Sequence record: MW812342.1
Reading direction: 5' to 3' (one strand)
Length of the DNA: 64,000 nucleotides
Shown here: positions 53,328-62,516 of the stretch, piece after piece
How positions within the stretch are numbered: the first letter of the stretch is position 1
Layout: each line of letters opens with the position of its first letter
Position numbers and translations under genes: made by a program
The notes under the pieces: generated by a model
Told to the model about the DNA's origin: nothing
The model's input: only the letters and a program-made list of their open reading frames with translations
Databases searched by the model: none

Positions 53328-54847
53328 TGGACGTTAAAGAGTACGATCATGTCGTCGTCTATACGGACGGTAGTCGTGTGGGCCCTCCTAATGGTACGGG
53401 GGGCGGTATCCATGGATACGCTTTCAACAGTGGGGTGTTAAATGAAAACACCCCATACAGCCTGCCGGACGTAGAGGAGTGTGTCACGACCAACGGGTAC
53501 AAGAAGTTCCCGAAGGACATTAAGAAGCCCACGGTACCCGAAACAGTTGATTTCTTTGACTGTGTAATTCCCGTTCCGGCGGAGTTCTGGTCAGACGTGG
53601 CAGAACTGATGGCATTTATCAGTCTCTTTGAAAACTCACCCATTCTTGCCAAGAACTACACCATCTATATTGATGCGTCATACGTGGTCAACGCGTGGAA
53701 TGATTGGATGGATGGCTGGCGTAAGCGCGGTTGGACGAAAGCAGACGGTACCCCGATTGCTAACGTGAATCTCATCAAGAAGATGGATGAGATTAAAGCC
53801 CGCTTGCGTCAAGAAGGCCGTTCTATCCGCGTGATCAAAATCAAAGGCCACGCAGGGTTCTACGGTAACGAGCGGGCGGACATGATGGCGCGTAAAGCCT
53901 CGTCAATGGTCGCGGCGGGGCAAGGGGTTGAGTACCGTCCGTTGTGGAGTGTCTCCGGCGAGCTGCCAGCAGAACCCGAAGCTGAGGTGATGGGTACTGA
54001 CGGCAGTTTACTCAACATGCCGAAAATCACCAACACGAAGTTCTGTTATCCGTTGGTGAATGAAGAACACCCGACCATGACCATTAACGGCGAGAGCTGG
54101 AAATACATGTTCGGTGGGAACCACGCAAAGAACAAGGAAGATATCGTGTTCATCGGGAAGATGATTCCCGATGCGCAGTTTGCGGTGTTCCTGAGCAAAG
54201 AGGGTTGGGATAACGTTTACCAGTTGGTCAATAAGCACAACGAGCTGGCGTGGGATAATGTTCCACCAATGAAGCGTTACGACCCGATTGCCATTGTGTA
54301 CAACACGATGATTAAGCGCAAGAAGTTCCAAGATGCCGCCAAAGAAGGGTTGCCGGTTAACCTGATGAAATTCAGTGAAGACGGTAACCTGTGGCTATAT
54401 GAAGACCTTGCGATTACCCGTGTCGTGCGCCCTGCGCTGCTTTCTTACCGTGCGTTGGAAATCCGTGATGAACTGGCTGCCTTTTTGCGTGACGGCGTAG
54501 AAGACCGCCCAAGTGTTGTGCTGAACGATATCACTCATCTGCTGTTCGATGAGAAAGACAAACCGGTGAAGACCTTCTACCGTAATGTCGATGTCAGCTT
54601 CAACGTGAAGGTGAATTACCCCGAAAGTGACAAGCAGATTCCGATTATCCTGACTCGTAATATCGACATGCCGGATCGTACCGACATGAACCGTATCATG
54701 GAGCCTGGCGGTAAATGGTACGTGGCTTGTCGTCGTCCCCAGAAACGTTGCGTGGAATTTGCTGTGGTCTATATCGGTAAGGAGTACCATGGACTGTGGT
54801 GTGGCTATTATGCCAACAAACGCATCCTGAAAGAAGAGGAAGTGTAA
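53327..54847 (+). CDS. rnhA: Ribonuclease HI with a long C-terminal extension
   Basis: YTDGS, AEL.A, IDASYV, W...W.K.GW...G.PI.N, IKGHAG..GNE.AD..A. Confidence 0.9.
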   Translation: MDVKEYDHVVVYTDGSRVGPPNGTGGGIHGYAFNSGVLNENTPYSLPDVEECVTTNGYKKFPKDIKKPTVPETVDFFDCVIPVPAEFWSDVAELMAFISLFENSPILAKNYTIYIDASYVVNAWNDWMDGWRKRGWTKADGTPIANVNLIKKMDEIKARLRQEGRSIRVIKIKGHAGFYGNERADMMARKASSMVAAGQGVEYRPLWSVSGELPAEPEAEVMGTDGSLLNMPKITNTKFCYPLVNEEHPTMTINGESWKYMFGGNHAKNKEDIVFIGKMIPDAQFAVFLSKEGWDNVYQLVNKHNELAWDNVPPMKRYDPIAIVYNTMIKRKKFQDAAKEGLPVNLMKFSEDGNLWLYEDLAITRVVRPALLSYRALEIRDELAAFLRDGVEDRPSVVLNDITHLLFDEKDKPVKTFYRNVDVSFNVKVNYPESDKQIPIILTRNIDMPDRTDMNRIMEPGGKWYVACRRPQKRCVEFAVVYIGKEYHGLWCGYYANKRILKEEEV

Positions 54848-55602
54848 TGCGCAAGGTATTCAGTGAAGTCTTAACGATGCACACGGATAGCCTGATGAAG
54901 GGGTTGTGTGATTACGCATACATGACCTACATCAAAGGGCGCGCCGAGGTGGGGATTGGCGACGCAATACCGAATTTCGATTGTGCGGCAATCAGTCGTA
55001 AAGCGATGGCAGAAGTGGTAGCCCAGTTATTGATAGATGCGATTGCTTCCATCAACGGCAACACTGGATACGATTTCCATCAACGTTTGATGATTCCTCG
55101 TGTTCCAACTGCCAAATACAAAGCGTGGCGGGAATCAGGGAACTGTGGGATGTTCACCATCGAAGAGATGTTTGACGCCCACTGTCGTGAACTCCCCGCA
55201 TCCGAGCTAGTTATCGGCGCAATGAAATGGTACACCACCCGTTTCGTGGATGAGATTTACAATCTCTTCGGCAGTGATGACCAAATCGGTTGGGAAGGCG
55301 CGGCGGTTATCTTTACGCAACGCGACATGTTGGTGCAGCAGATATTGGATGATCGCGTTTGTCTGGCGTTGCTGGAGCACGGCGACTACGAGTTTGCTGC
55401 CGAGGCGGAAGACATTGCAGACTTGCGCGATGAACTGTTCCAGTGGCCATTCTCTTTTGTGATGCAGGACGACATTCGGGCGCTACAAGAAAGTATCCCG
55501 ACGTATATCCTGCCCGCAGAAGACCAAGACTCTGAGGAAAAACTGGGGGTCGAACTCTACGTCTTAAAACCGGAGGTTATTGATAAAATCAAAAAACTCT
55601 GA
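54847..55602 (+). CDS. Hypothetical protein
   Basis: ATG 54847 overlaps the RNase H stop; SD GAGGA. Confidence 0.6.
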   Translation: MRKVFSEVLTMHTDSLMKGLCDYAYMTYIKGRAEVGIGDAIPNFDCAAISRKAMAEVVAQLLIDAIASINGNTGYDFHQRLMIPRVPTAKYKAWRESGNCGMFTIEEMFDAHCRELPASELVIGAMKWYTTRFVDEIYNLFGSDDQIGWEGAAVIFTQRDMLVQQILDDRVCLALLEHGDYEFAAEAEDIADLRDELFQWPFSFVMQDDIRALQESIPTYILPAEDQDSEEKLGVELYVLKPEVIDKIKKL

Positions 55603-55624
55603 GATAGATATTATCTTGGTGAGT
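55598..55624 (+). promoter_or_regulatory. Early promoter variant
   Basis: TCTGAGATAGATATTATCTTGGTGAGT aligns with the 33720/36710 motif. Confidence 0.62.
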
Positions 55625-55644
55625 AGTCTATAAGGAGTATCAAC

Positions 55645-56379
55645 ATGCTTCGTGTCAACACCCCCGAACTCCTGCTCTTTAACCCCTCGCTCGTCGAGGG
55701 GTTGTTCGACAAGATGTGGGAGCGGTACTTTAGAGAGGAGATGAATTCTGACCCGTGGTGGGAACGCTATCGTGGTGACTTCTTTCTGGACTCTTCGCAG
55801 ATTACGCTGGACGTGTTCAGCCGGTGTGTGGAGGAAGTAGTACAAGCTGCAAACTTGCGTCGTCCGATGGACTTCAATTACATCACGTTTGATTTTTCAT
55901 GGTACATGGACAATTACAACTACGAATGTGATTTGGGGATAGATGACCAAGAGAAGATTGAAAACAAAATGTTTGATTTCTTCCACTTTGCAATTAATCA
56001 ATTGGTTTCGCAGGAGTTCTTAGATGCGGCATGCAAACGACTGACCCCCACATGGGAATCCTTAACGGAACTCGTGGGTCAACGTGGCATTGTGGGCTTC
56101 TGGTACGAACCCTGTCAAGGCCAGCTGCACATGGACTCAGGACGCGACCACGTCTGGGCAGTGCAAGAAGGGGATTACGACGCTGAGCTGTATGCCGAAT
56201 GGCAAGGTGCGGTGGCAGGCACACTCTTTTACCACGCCACCATTGGCGATGGTAATGAGTTTTATTTATTTAATGGGTCGCTTATCCAAGACGGACAAAC
56301 ACTTGACCACATCCCCCTTGGGGAGATGGTGACGCTGTGTCGTCTGACTGAACAAGCACAAACTACAATTGACCTTTAA
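55645..56379 (+). CDS. Acidic hypothetical early protein
   Basis: 244 aa, SD AAGGAG; visibly D/E-rich. Confidence 0.65.
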   Translation: MLRVNTPELLLFNPSLVEGLFDKMWERYFREEMNSDPWWERYRGDFFLDSSQITLDVFSRCVEEVVQAANLRRPMDFNYITFDFSWYMDNYNYECDLGIDDQEKIENKMFDFFHFAINQLVSQEFLDAACKRLTPTWESLTELVGQRGIVGFWYEPCQGQLHMDSGRDHVWAVQEGDYDAELYAEWQGAVAGTLFYHATIGDGNEFYLFNGSLIQDGQTLDHIPLGEMVTLCRLTEQAQTTIDL

Positions 56380-56391
56380 GGAGTATCTACC

Positions 56392-56760
56392 ATGAAACTT
56401 GATCAAGCTATCCAACAGTATGTTACCCAATTTGACCGCCATGGTCTGTTCCTGCTGCGCTTCACTAACGAAACTCAACTGCTGGAACACAACCCAAAAA
56501 CGTTCGCAGTCGTGTATGAGAACGACGGTATCGGTGAGCCGGAGCGTATGACACTGCGTAAACTGCGTCAGGACGCCATCGAAGCCAAGGTCGTTCATGT
56601 ACAGCCGGTTGTCTGTGCCCAAGGTTGGCCGGGTAAGCTCGATGTCGAAGCGGACGTGGTATTGAATGTCGTGCAAGACGGTGATGCTCGCCGACTGGTG
56701 CCGGTAAAATGGCGTACTCTCGATACCCTGCCAGACGCCGTTGAATTCACGGAGCTGTAA
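56392..56760 (+). CDS. Hypothetical protein
   Basis: 122 aa, SD AAGGAG. Confidence 0.62.
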   Translation: MKLDQAIQQYVTQFDRHGLFLLRFTNETQLLEHNPKTFAVVYENDGIGEPERMTLRKLRQDAIEAKVVHVQPVVCAQGWPGKLDVEADVVLNVVQDGDARRLVPVKWRTLDTLPDAVEFTEL

Positions 56761-56762
56761 AT

Positions 56763-57503
56763 ATGGATATGCGTCCAGTCAGGTTATACCTGCTGACGGC
56801 GCTTCACGATCACTTGATGCGTCTCGGTGAGGCGCATCATATCGCGAAGACAGCATACCTGATGATTGCGCGAGAAATCGCGCGATCTGACTTACGCTGC
56901 CGTCACAAATGGTTGTTAACGGATGTGTGTGAACGTTTGAAACAGCAAGTGGTCGGGGGCCAATCGCTCAACCATGCTCTATCCTACGTTTGGGTTTACG
57001 ATGACATTCGGGACGAGATGTACGTAGATAATGCGCATCGTGTTGTGAAACTAATCGAACGGGTGACGAACGATTACTACGCAACCACCGGCGGGCTGAC
57101 AACGGAGGTGAATATCCAAAGCACCATTTTGGATTCGCTTCGTGAAACGGCCAATCATCTCGATGCCCCCATTCTTTTTTCTACCGACTACGACCTGTTG
57201 CGTTTTCGTATCTGGTTTACGGGGGAAATGGATGACGTCGATATGCACGAGTTGTGGTGTCATGACGTGCACAGCATGGACGAATGGACTGGCCTCCTTA
57301 CGACCTACCCATCGGAGAAGTACCTGTGGCGGCAAGATCACGAGCCGTTAATTCCAGAACGTCTGAATGATGAAGGTTACGACGTCGAAGCATTCTGGAA
57401 AAATATCTCGATTCTCAGTTTGGACAAGCTCTACGTTATGGCGAAGGAGCGTCTGTGTTCCGAGGATGACGACCGATGCGAACTGTACACAGCTATGCAC
57501 TGA
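56763..57503 (+). CDS. Acidic hypothetical protein
   Basis: 246 aa, 2 nt after the upstream stop. Confidence 0.6.
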   Translation: MDMRPVRLYLLTALHDHLMRLGEAHHIAKTAYLMIAREIARSDLRCRHKWLLTDVCERLKQQVVGGQSLNHALSYVWVYDDIRDEMYVDNAHRVVKLIERVTNDYYATTGGLTTEVNIQSTILDSLRETANHLDAPILFSTDYDLLRFRIWFTGEMDDVDMHELWCHDVHSMDEWTGLLTTYPSEKYLWRQDHEPLIPERLNDEGYDVEAFWKNISILSLDKLYVMAKERLCSEDDDRCELYTAMH

Positions 57504-57892
57504 TGATGTTTCAGGCGTGGTGGCCCAAACTCACGGAAGGGATTGTCGGCGTTTCCGGGTGGGAATATGTGCTCGTGACCTCGTACCTGATAGAGTGTGC
57601 GAAGAACGGCCTTATTCTCCCCAGTGAGCGTCGACAAATGCTGCTCATGGAAAAGCTGGACTCCATGTACCCCGCAGCCATGTTCCAACATCGCAAGCAT
57701 CTGTTTCATTCTGCGCTTGTTGAGTTGGGTGAAGAACGCACCGCGGTTATCGTAAAGAAAATACGCGATGAGATGGTTAATGTGTCACGCGAACTTAATC
57801 TGGTTTGGGTCGGTGTGTCTTATACGCCGTTAGATGTTGTTCGTTGTCGCTACCAAGTTAATTTCGCAGCCACAACCCGAGGTGTTGCATGA
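57503..57892 (+). CDS. Hypothetical protein
   Basis: The likely start is ATG 57503 (TGATG overlap). Confidence 0.55.
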   Translation: MMFQAWWPKLTEGIVGVSGWEYVLVTSYLIECAKNGLILPSERRQMLLMEKLDSMYPAAMFQHRKHLFHSALVELGEERTAVIVKKIRDEMVNVSRELNLVWVGVSYTPLDVVRCRYQVNFAATTRGVA

Positions 57893-58428
57893 AAGTGTTA
57901 TTAGACTTCTCGTTATCCGAATCTCGAGCCAAGCTCGATGCGGTTTTGCTAACGATGAAGAAGTCATTGGAGTTTGAAGTCCACAACGCACTCGCCGAAT
58001 ATGAGCGTTCGTTAAAAGTGGAAACGGGCGATACCTATTGTCTGGTCGATGCCGAGGGGATTGTCAAAACCACGGTCGACTCGATGATTGATAAAGTCCG
58101 TAACGTCCTCAGTACCCCGCTGCCGGTAATGGTAGCCCACTGGGACGATGGGGCCGATGTGCTTGACCTGATTCGTGATGCCTTTGAAAAAGGTGCGGCG
58201 AACATGGAAAGTATGGCGCTGGGTGATGCTACCGAGGTGTACGTGACTGTCCCCATGAAAGAGGGCGGGAACAACTTTGAGATGGTGTCGCTGCACGATG
58301 TGCTGAACACGGCCAATTCGCAGGCGATTGACAAGATACTGAATGATGCGTGCGTTAAAGTGCGCGACATCTGTATCAAGGAGATTGTCTACATTCAGGA
58401 AAAACTCTTAAAGGGAGCTACCTGGTGA
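57889..58428 (+). CDS. Hypothetical protein
   Basis: 179 aa; ATGA overlap; SD GAGG. Confidence 0.6.
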   Translation: MKVLLDFSLSESRAKLDAVLLTMKKSLEFEVHNALAEYERSLKVETGDTYCLVDAEGIVKTTVDSMIDKVRNVLSTPLPVMVAHWDDGADVLDLIRDAFEKGAANMESMALGDATEVYVTVPMKEGGNNFEMVSLHDVLNTANSQAIDKILNDACVKVRDICIKEIVYIQEKLLKGATW

Positions 58429-59030
58429 AACTCCACATTAACCTGACCCCCGGTAACTTTGAAAAGCACTGGCCGGAAATGATGATGCAAATCCGTGAAT
58501 CTATGGATGCGTTTCTTCATGATCACAATGAGTTATCGGTTGAGGACAACAAACTCCTCACCATGTTACTCTGGTCAACGATGTTTCATCCTATATCACA
58601 ACTGTCTAAATCCATGCTGACGTTTGAATTTGACAATACCGATGTCAAAGACAAGCGTATCGAGAAGAACATCGAGATTATCACCCTCGATACCAAACTC
58701 GACAGCGTACTGGAAGACATTCGTGACGAGCTGAATGTGGAGCTGTTGAAGTTCCACAAAGAAGCCATCACGGAAAATGAAACGCTCAACGCGTGGGTGC
58801 AGACATGGACGGACGAGGCCCGCAATAAACTGCGTGATGATCTGGTCGAGTTAGTTCATCGCCATATCTCGACACTGCTTGACGTGTTGTTCGCACAGCT
58901 GACGGTGGAAATCATCGAAATCTCCTTCCGCTTCCGCCCGCGTCCGGTGTTAGTATCAACAGACGGTGGCGCGAAGATGGTCGGGCGTATGTCGGATATG
59001 ATTCAGGACGTCCCTGACGAACCGGCTTAG
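58425..59030 (+). CDS. Acidic hypothetical protein
   Basis: 201 aa; GTGA overlap; SD GGGAG. Confidence 0.6.
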   Translation: MKLHINLTPGNFEKHWPEMMMQIRESMDAFLHDHNELSVEDNKLLTMLLWSTMFHPISQLSKSMLTFEFDNTDVKDKRIEKNIEIITLDTKLDSVLEDIRDELNVELLKFHKEAITENETLNAWVQTWTDEARNKLRDDLVELVHRHISTLLDVLFAQLTVEIIEISFRFRPRPVLVSTDGGAKMVGRMSDMIQDVPDEPA

Positions 59031-59032
59031 CC

Positions 59033-59515
59033 ATGAACGTTTATTTCGATTACGACGATTCGCACATCCGACAGATGTGGGTGGATGCATTTGACAGTAT
59101 CCGCATTGAGCTACAGGAATACCTGCGGGAACAGATGCGTGGTGGCTGTTCACACACAGAGTCGGTGGTTTTGGCGCAAACGTTGTTACAACCCACCTAT
59201 CAAGTGTTTTACAAGTTGCACAATGGGGTATTTCGGACGATCGTCGAAAAGGAAGACTTGGATGCCGAAGAGTATTCTTTTGAGATTGACGACGAACCAT
59301 ACCGGAAACTGATCTGCGAGTGCATCGAGAAGTCGGTTGCCGATACAAAAACGGCGTGGAATGTCAGAACACTCCCCGTACTGTTTGATCGGGATACTGT
59401 CTGCCACAAAATCGGGGACATCCTCACTGAGCATCTGGATGAGTTTATCATCGAGTTGATTGGGTACATGGAAGTCTTTGTCAATGAGCAGATAGAGCAA
59501 CGTCGAAATAAATAA
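59033..59515 (+). CDS. Acidic hypothetical protein
   Basis: 160 aa, 2 nt after the upstream stop. Confidence 0.6.
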   Translation: MNVYFDYDDSHIRQMWVDAFDSIRIELQEYLREQMRGGCSHTESVVLAQTLLQPTYQVFYKLHNGVFRTIVEKEDLDAEEYSFEIDDEPYRKLICECIEKSVADTKTAWNVRTLPVLFDRDTVCHKIGDILTEHLDEFIIELIGYMEVFVNEQIEQRRNK

Positions 59516-59558
59516 AAAGCCTACCTACTCCCGAAGGAGTAGGTAGCTTTATTTTTTT
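59511..59558. terminator. Bidirectional terminator (near-identical to 49476)
   Basis: AATAAAAAGCCTACCTACTCCGAAGGAGTAGGTAGCTTTATTTTTTTT. Confidence 0.85.
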
Positions 59559-60320
59559 TTATTTTGAATTGGCCTTTAAGGCTTTCAGTCTATCCCCGGT
59601 CTGGCTTAATGCTTGAATCAGCTCGTTGTTCTGTTTCATGAACAGACCAAACAGCTCAACCCAATCGGATGCCATATCCAGCATCTTGACGATTTCAGCA
59701 GCACACTGCGGGTGTACCGGTGTTTCTGCTAACTCATCTGTGCTGGCACCGATGCTGGCAATCAGCTTATCGATGTTACGCTTGAGCTTTTCGGTAATCT
59801 CTTTGCTCAGTGCTTTGCTGCGGTTGAACGCCACATCAATTTCACCGGCATTGTGGAAGACCTTCTCAATCGGACGTTGGTCGACCGACGTTGTGGTGTA
59901 AGACACGGCCAATTTCTTGACGAGGTCTTTCGGGTCAACGTTTTTGAGGGGGTACTTCAAATCTTTGAAGCGGAACCCGACAGGAATGGTAAGCATCCCT
60001 TTGTCATGGGTAAATGCGGCCAGTTGGCGGTTCACCGGTTCCAGCACACCGTCAATCAGGTTGTCCAGTACCGACCAGACCGATTCCAGACGCTGGATAT
60101 GGTCAATCATGTACACGTTCAGGCCCGGTGGTACGGTGACAAGCATCCCAGAGAAGTGCAGGAACTTCTCTTGCTGCATCCACTTGGACATTGCCGACAT
60201 GTCATCGTAGTTTGCCGGTTTGATTTCTTGTTCGCTTCCGTTAAACGTTTTAGGAAGCACAGCCGACACTTTCGAGGCAAAAGTAGAAAGCGCGGCAATC
60301 GGGTTCAGGTTCATTTTCAC
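59559..60320 (-). CDS. Putative virion (head) protein
   Basis: 253 aa, helical, with a TATG motif upstream (60341-60344, minus strand) and an N-terminal segment ending in G-S-E. It lies next to RecA, as a structural gene does in phiKZ-like genomes. Confidence 0.5.
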   Translation of the reverse strand: MKMNLNPIAALSTFASKVSAVLPKTFNGSEQEIKPANYDDMSAMSKWMQQEKFLHFSGMLVTVPPGLNVYMIDHIQRLESVWSVLDNLIDGVLEPVNRQLAAFTHDKGMLTIPVGFRFKDLKYPLKNVDPKDLVKKLAVSYTTTSVDQRPIEKVFHNAGEIDVAFNRSKALSKEITEKLKRNIDKLIASIGASTDELAETPVHPQCAAEIVKMLDMASDWVELFGLFMKQNNELIQALSQTGDRLKALKANSK

Positions 60321-60340
60321 CTCGGTGGAAGGGTAGGCTA

Positions 60341-60380
60341 CATACTAAGTCTTTTTACGGTTAAGCCCTGTGTTATGTAG
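60341..60380. promoter_or_regulatory. Divergent TATGTAG late-promoter motifs
   Basis: CTACATA at about 60338-60344 (TATGTAG on minus) and TATGTAG at 60374-60380 (plus), each about 20-30 nt upstream of an SD and start. Confidence 0.45.
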
Positions 60381-60406
60381 ACGACTAACCCCCTGAGGAA
60401 TTCAAG

Positions 60407-60682
60407 ATGCAAATCAAAATGTTTACGCGTGCCTTGTCCGCGAAATTCGAACCTGAAATCTATTTTACCCCCCTGCGCAAAGACAATGAGGGTAACCGTC
60501 TGGTGGTTGGCCGCGTCCTTAAATCTGAAACGCTGGCTGACGGTAAGCGTCAGTTGACGATTGAAATCGACGATCGCAACAAAAACCGTTTCAAAGACGT
60601 TGGCGAAGAAGCCTGGGTCGAACAACACTTCGAAATCAATAACAAGCGTCGTCTGATGCTGCCTACCAAAAAACGCAGCTAA
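60407..60682 (+). CDS. Hypothetical protein
   Basis: 91 aa, SD GAGGA. Confidence 0.62.
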   Translation: MQIKMFTRALSAKFEPEIYFTPLRKDNEGNRLVVGRVLKSETLADGKRQLTIEIDDRNKNRFKDVGEEAWVEQHFEINNKRRLMLPTKKRS

Positions 60683-60694
60683 CGGAGCATCGAC

Positions 60695-62194
60695 ATGGCA
60701 GGTCCAGCAAAACAAGTTATGGGCGAAGTGATTCGTCCACGCTTTAACGTCTACACCATTATGGATCACGCACTCGGTACGTACGTGAAAGGTGAAGACG
60801 GTCTCTACTACCTGAACGGTGGTTTTGCCCACATCATGGGCTTTGCGGGTCGCGGTAACACCTTTAAGTCGACGTTGATGGATTTCTGCATCTTCCAGAT
60901 GCTGATTCGTTACCGTGCTGCATGGGGGTCGAAGTTTGATACCGAGGTCTCAGCAGCACTCGATCGTTTAGAGCAGGGTTACATCTCTGCGCAGAACGCC
61001 AACGGCATCCATGACGGGTCTTCTGTTCTGAGCCTCATTGAGGATCAGCGTTATAACCTCGTCGGCTCTGACGTGATGCCGGGTGAAGAATATTACGCCA
61101 ACTACATCCGTGATGAAGTAGAAGGTCGTTTCAAAGCGTATATGGGTGGCAAGGGTGTGCGTGAGACGCCGTTCCCTGACCCGGTACGTAAACGCAATAA
61201 AACCATGAATGACCCGTGGTATTATTCCATCGACTCCCTGTCTGAGTGGCACTCGTCTAAGATTGAAGACAAACACTCTGAAACCAAAGTCGGTGACTCT
61301 GAGCAGAACGCCCTGAACATGCGTGACTCACTGGAGAAATCCAACATGATGTCTCGCTGGCCGTCTGCGCTGGCGCGTGGCGGTTTCTTCCTAGCCTTCG
61401 TTGCACAGCTTGCCGACGATTCCGGTAAAGCAATGTCGCAGGGTGGCAGCAAAGCGAAACCGGCTAACGCCAAACTGCTCGATGATGCAGGCGATGATCT
61501 GAAATTCGCCGGTATCCCACGTCGTCAGATTTCCTTCCTGACCAACTCCCTGCTGGTAGCAACCAAATCGGGCGAGCTGAAACACGAAGGTAGTTACGAC
61601 GCGAAGACCGGTGTCAACGAAGAGTTGTACCCAACCAAGCGTTCGAAGGCAATGAATGCCTCGGTGAACGACCTGAAAGAAATCGTCTTCACGCAGTATC
61701 GTGCGAAGGGCGGACATACGGGTGTGAAATTCCGTATGGTGTTCTCTCAGGAGATGGGTCTGCTGTATCACCTGTCGCTGTGGCATTACCTCGATAAGGT
61801 ACTGAAAACCGAATACGGTTACACCAGTGCCGGTTCCGGTGGTGCGATTAAAGAGCTGGCGATTCTGCCGGGTCTCAAATTCGGTCGTACAACGATTCGC
61901 GATCTCTGCGATGAGAATGTCCGTCTGCGTCGTGCGCTGGAGATTACCGCAGCACTGGCGTACATGCAGAACAACTACCACCGTCTGGAAATGAAGTACC
62001 ATATCTCTCCTCAGGAATTGTATGAGAAGATCAACGAGAAATGGGACTGGGATGAAATCCTGGATAACACCGTTGAGTATTGGATGTTCAAAGACCAGGA
62101 AGTCAAAGGTGGTAAACGCACACTGACGGCGATGTCTCTGCTGGCAATGGCGGTGGATGGTCTGGAACCGAAGTTCTTAACCAAGAAAAAGTAA
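60695..62194 (+). CDS. uvsX: RecA/UvsX-like recombinase (phiKZ type)
   Basis: Walker A GFAGRGNTFKST, DTE, Walker B SIDSLS and FVAQ; matches the jumbo-phage RecA family. Confidence 0.82.
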   Translation: MAGPAKQVMGEVIRPRFNVYTIMDHALGTYVKGEDGLYYLNGGFAHIMGFAGRGNTFKSTLMDFCIFQMLIRYRAAWGSKFDTEVSAALDRLEQGYISAQNANGIHDGSSVLSLIEDQRYNLVGSDVMPGEEYYANYIRDEVEGRFKAYMGGKGVRETPFPDPVRKRNKTMNDPWYYSIDSLSEWHSSKIEDKHSETKVGDSEQNALNMRDSLEKSNMMSRWPSALARGGFFLAFVAQLADDSGKAMSQGGSKAKPANAKLLDDAGDDLKFAGIPRRQISFLTNSLLVATKSGELKHEGSYDAKTGVNEELYPTKRSKAMNASVNDLKEIVFTQYRAKGGHTGVKFRMVFSQEMGLLYHLSLWHYLDKVLKTEYGYTSAGSGGAIKELAILPGLKFGRTTIRDLCDENVRLRRALEITAALAYMQNNYHRLEMKYHISPQELYEKINEKWDWDEILDNTVEYWMFKDQEVKGGKRTLTAMSLLAMAVDGLEPKFLTKKK

Positions 62195-62234
62195 TCTGTT
62201 GTGGCGGGGCAACCCGCCACTTGAGGAGCAACCC

Positions 62235-62516
62235 ATGCGTTATCAAAATGATATTGTCGAGCGGTTGCGTCAAGGTATTGCAGCAGTAAATCGTGAGGTG
62301 AGTGATCAGCTGGTTGTTGAGCTGAGTAAACCCCACCACAACCTCTCCGATTTTGCACAGTGTACGAATCAGTTCTACACCAAGCTGCTCGGTACGAATG
62401 GCGCTAACCAACACGCGTTCAGTATTCCTGAGAATACGGACGCCATCCCGTTCTGGATTGAAGATCTGGAATCCGCAGTCTTGCCTGTCCTGCGTGTCGC
62501 GGGGGCAATGCAATGA
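62235..62516 (+). CDS. Hypothetical protein
   Basis: ATG 62235 with SD GAGGAG; ATGA overlap with the RNAP gene. Confidence 0.6.
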   Translation: MRYQNDIVERLRQGIAAVNREVSDQLVVELSKPHHNLSDFAQCTNQFYTKLLGTNGANQHAFSIPENTDAIPFWIEDLESAVLPVLRVAGAMQ

